A program made the translations under genes and the position numbers. From the IMG/VR virus record IMGVR_UViG_2681813263_000005: DNA of 20,209 bases. One strand, given 5' to 3'. This DNA comes from a virus. Its lineage: Duplodnaviria; Heunggongvirae; Uroviricota; Caudoviricetes. Below, piece by piece: positions 19,656 to 20,209 of the stretch. Every line of letters starts with the position of its first letter. Position 1 is the stretch's first letter. A model generated the notes under the pieces. The model saw nothing but the letters and a program-made list of their open reading frames with translations. It was not told where the DNA came from and did no database searches.

Positions 19656-20177
19656 TCAGCACGCGATATCGAGAGTCAACTGCAGTTGCTCGCGCCAGTA
19701 CTCGACATTTGCTTCAATAACCGGCTTATCCCATCGCCAGCGAGCCATCTCTCTTGCCCCATTGCTGGCTTTTGATTTCCGGTCATCGCGAATGCGACAT
19801 GCTTGCTCATATTTCTGCTGCTCAGTCAGTTCACCGCGAAGCAGACTATCAATGTGCAGGTCGCACCATACGGAGAATTTCGGATCGCACCATCTTGCAA
19901 AGGCAACTGATAACTTTGGATGCTGCCATGTTCCGCCGCCCCTGTCCTTTCGTGCCTTGCTTGTTTTTACATACCCGGAATCACGGGTATGTAGAATTTT
20001 CGATGGTTCACCTGAATAAACCTCATCCAGAGCTCTAACGTATTCGAGAGTTTCAGCGTTGGACAACCAGTGATCCAGACGCTTCCCGAAACGTTTTGCA
20101 ATATCAGTGGCATTAATCCAGCCATCAGTATTGAAGCGGATAGGTTCGCCTTTGTAATTCAGTGGAACGATATTCAT
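19656..20177 (-). CDS. KilA-N domain-containing protein
   Basis: 173-aa ORF; the N-terminal ~100 aa (FNTDGWINATDIAKRFGKRLDHWL...YVRALDEV...HPKLSVAFARWCDPKFSVW) matches the KilA-N DNA-binding domain pattern. SD-like AAGG about 9 nt upstream of the ATG. Confidence 0.65.
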   Translation of the reverse strand: MNIVPLNYKGEPIRFNTDGWINATDIAKRFGKRLDHWLSNAETLEYVRALDEVYSGEPSKILHTRDSGYVKTSKARKDRGGGTWQHPKLSVAFARWCDPKFSVWCDLHIDSLLRGELTEQQKYEQACRIRDDRKSKASNGAREMARWRWDKPVIEANVEYWREQLQLTLDIAC

Positions 20178-20209
20178 AGCGTCTTACCTTTTAGAAAGAT
20201 GAGCCTGTT

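Noticed and set aside
19600-20019. 139-aa plus-strand ORF
   Set aside because: Antisense to the KilA-N gene; Cys/Ser/His-rich; no support.
1-20209. Defence or anti-defence system, toxin-antitoxin, or other accessory cassette
   Set aside because: Every sizeable ORF on the coding strand fits into a contiguous, translationally coupled virion-assembly gene order. There are no nuclease/ATPase/TIR/sirtuin-like motifs, no strand switches, and no internal promoter-terminator-bounded moron recognisable by eye.

Overview
The whole window is one tightly packed, minus-strand virion-morphogenesis operon of a tailed phage or prophage with a contractile (myovirus-type) tail, probably in an enterobacterial host. 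Read right to left, it encodes: a KilA-N domain protein, small and large terminase subunits, portal, MuF-like head morphogenesis protein, scaffold-like protein, a small head protein, major capsid protein, five small unassigned or neck-type proteins, tail sheath, tail tube, a tail assembly chaperone with an apparent programmed -1 frameshift site, a tape measure protein with a C-terminal lytic transglycosylase domain, baseplate proteins (hub-like, HxH spike, W-like, J-like, I-like), and the N-terminal 208 codons of a tail fibre gene that runs off the left edge. Most gene junctions overlap by 1-4 nt, which points to translational coupling. I found no rRNA, tRNA, CRISPR array, integrase, transposase, or anything resembling a defence or anti-defence cassette. 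The long plus-strand ORFs all lie antisense to these genes and look like artefacts. So I do not see a novel system here; this is an ordinary, nearly complete structural module. The details most worth a second look are the chaperone recoding site, the peptidoglycan hydrolase embedded in the tape measure protein, the KilA-N gene at the head of the operon, and several small unassigned ORFs. All product calls rest on position, size, motifs and my recollection of protein families; no database search was run.
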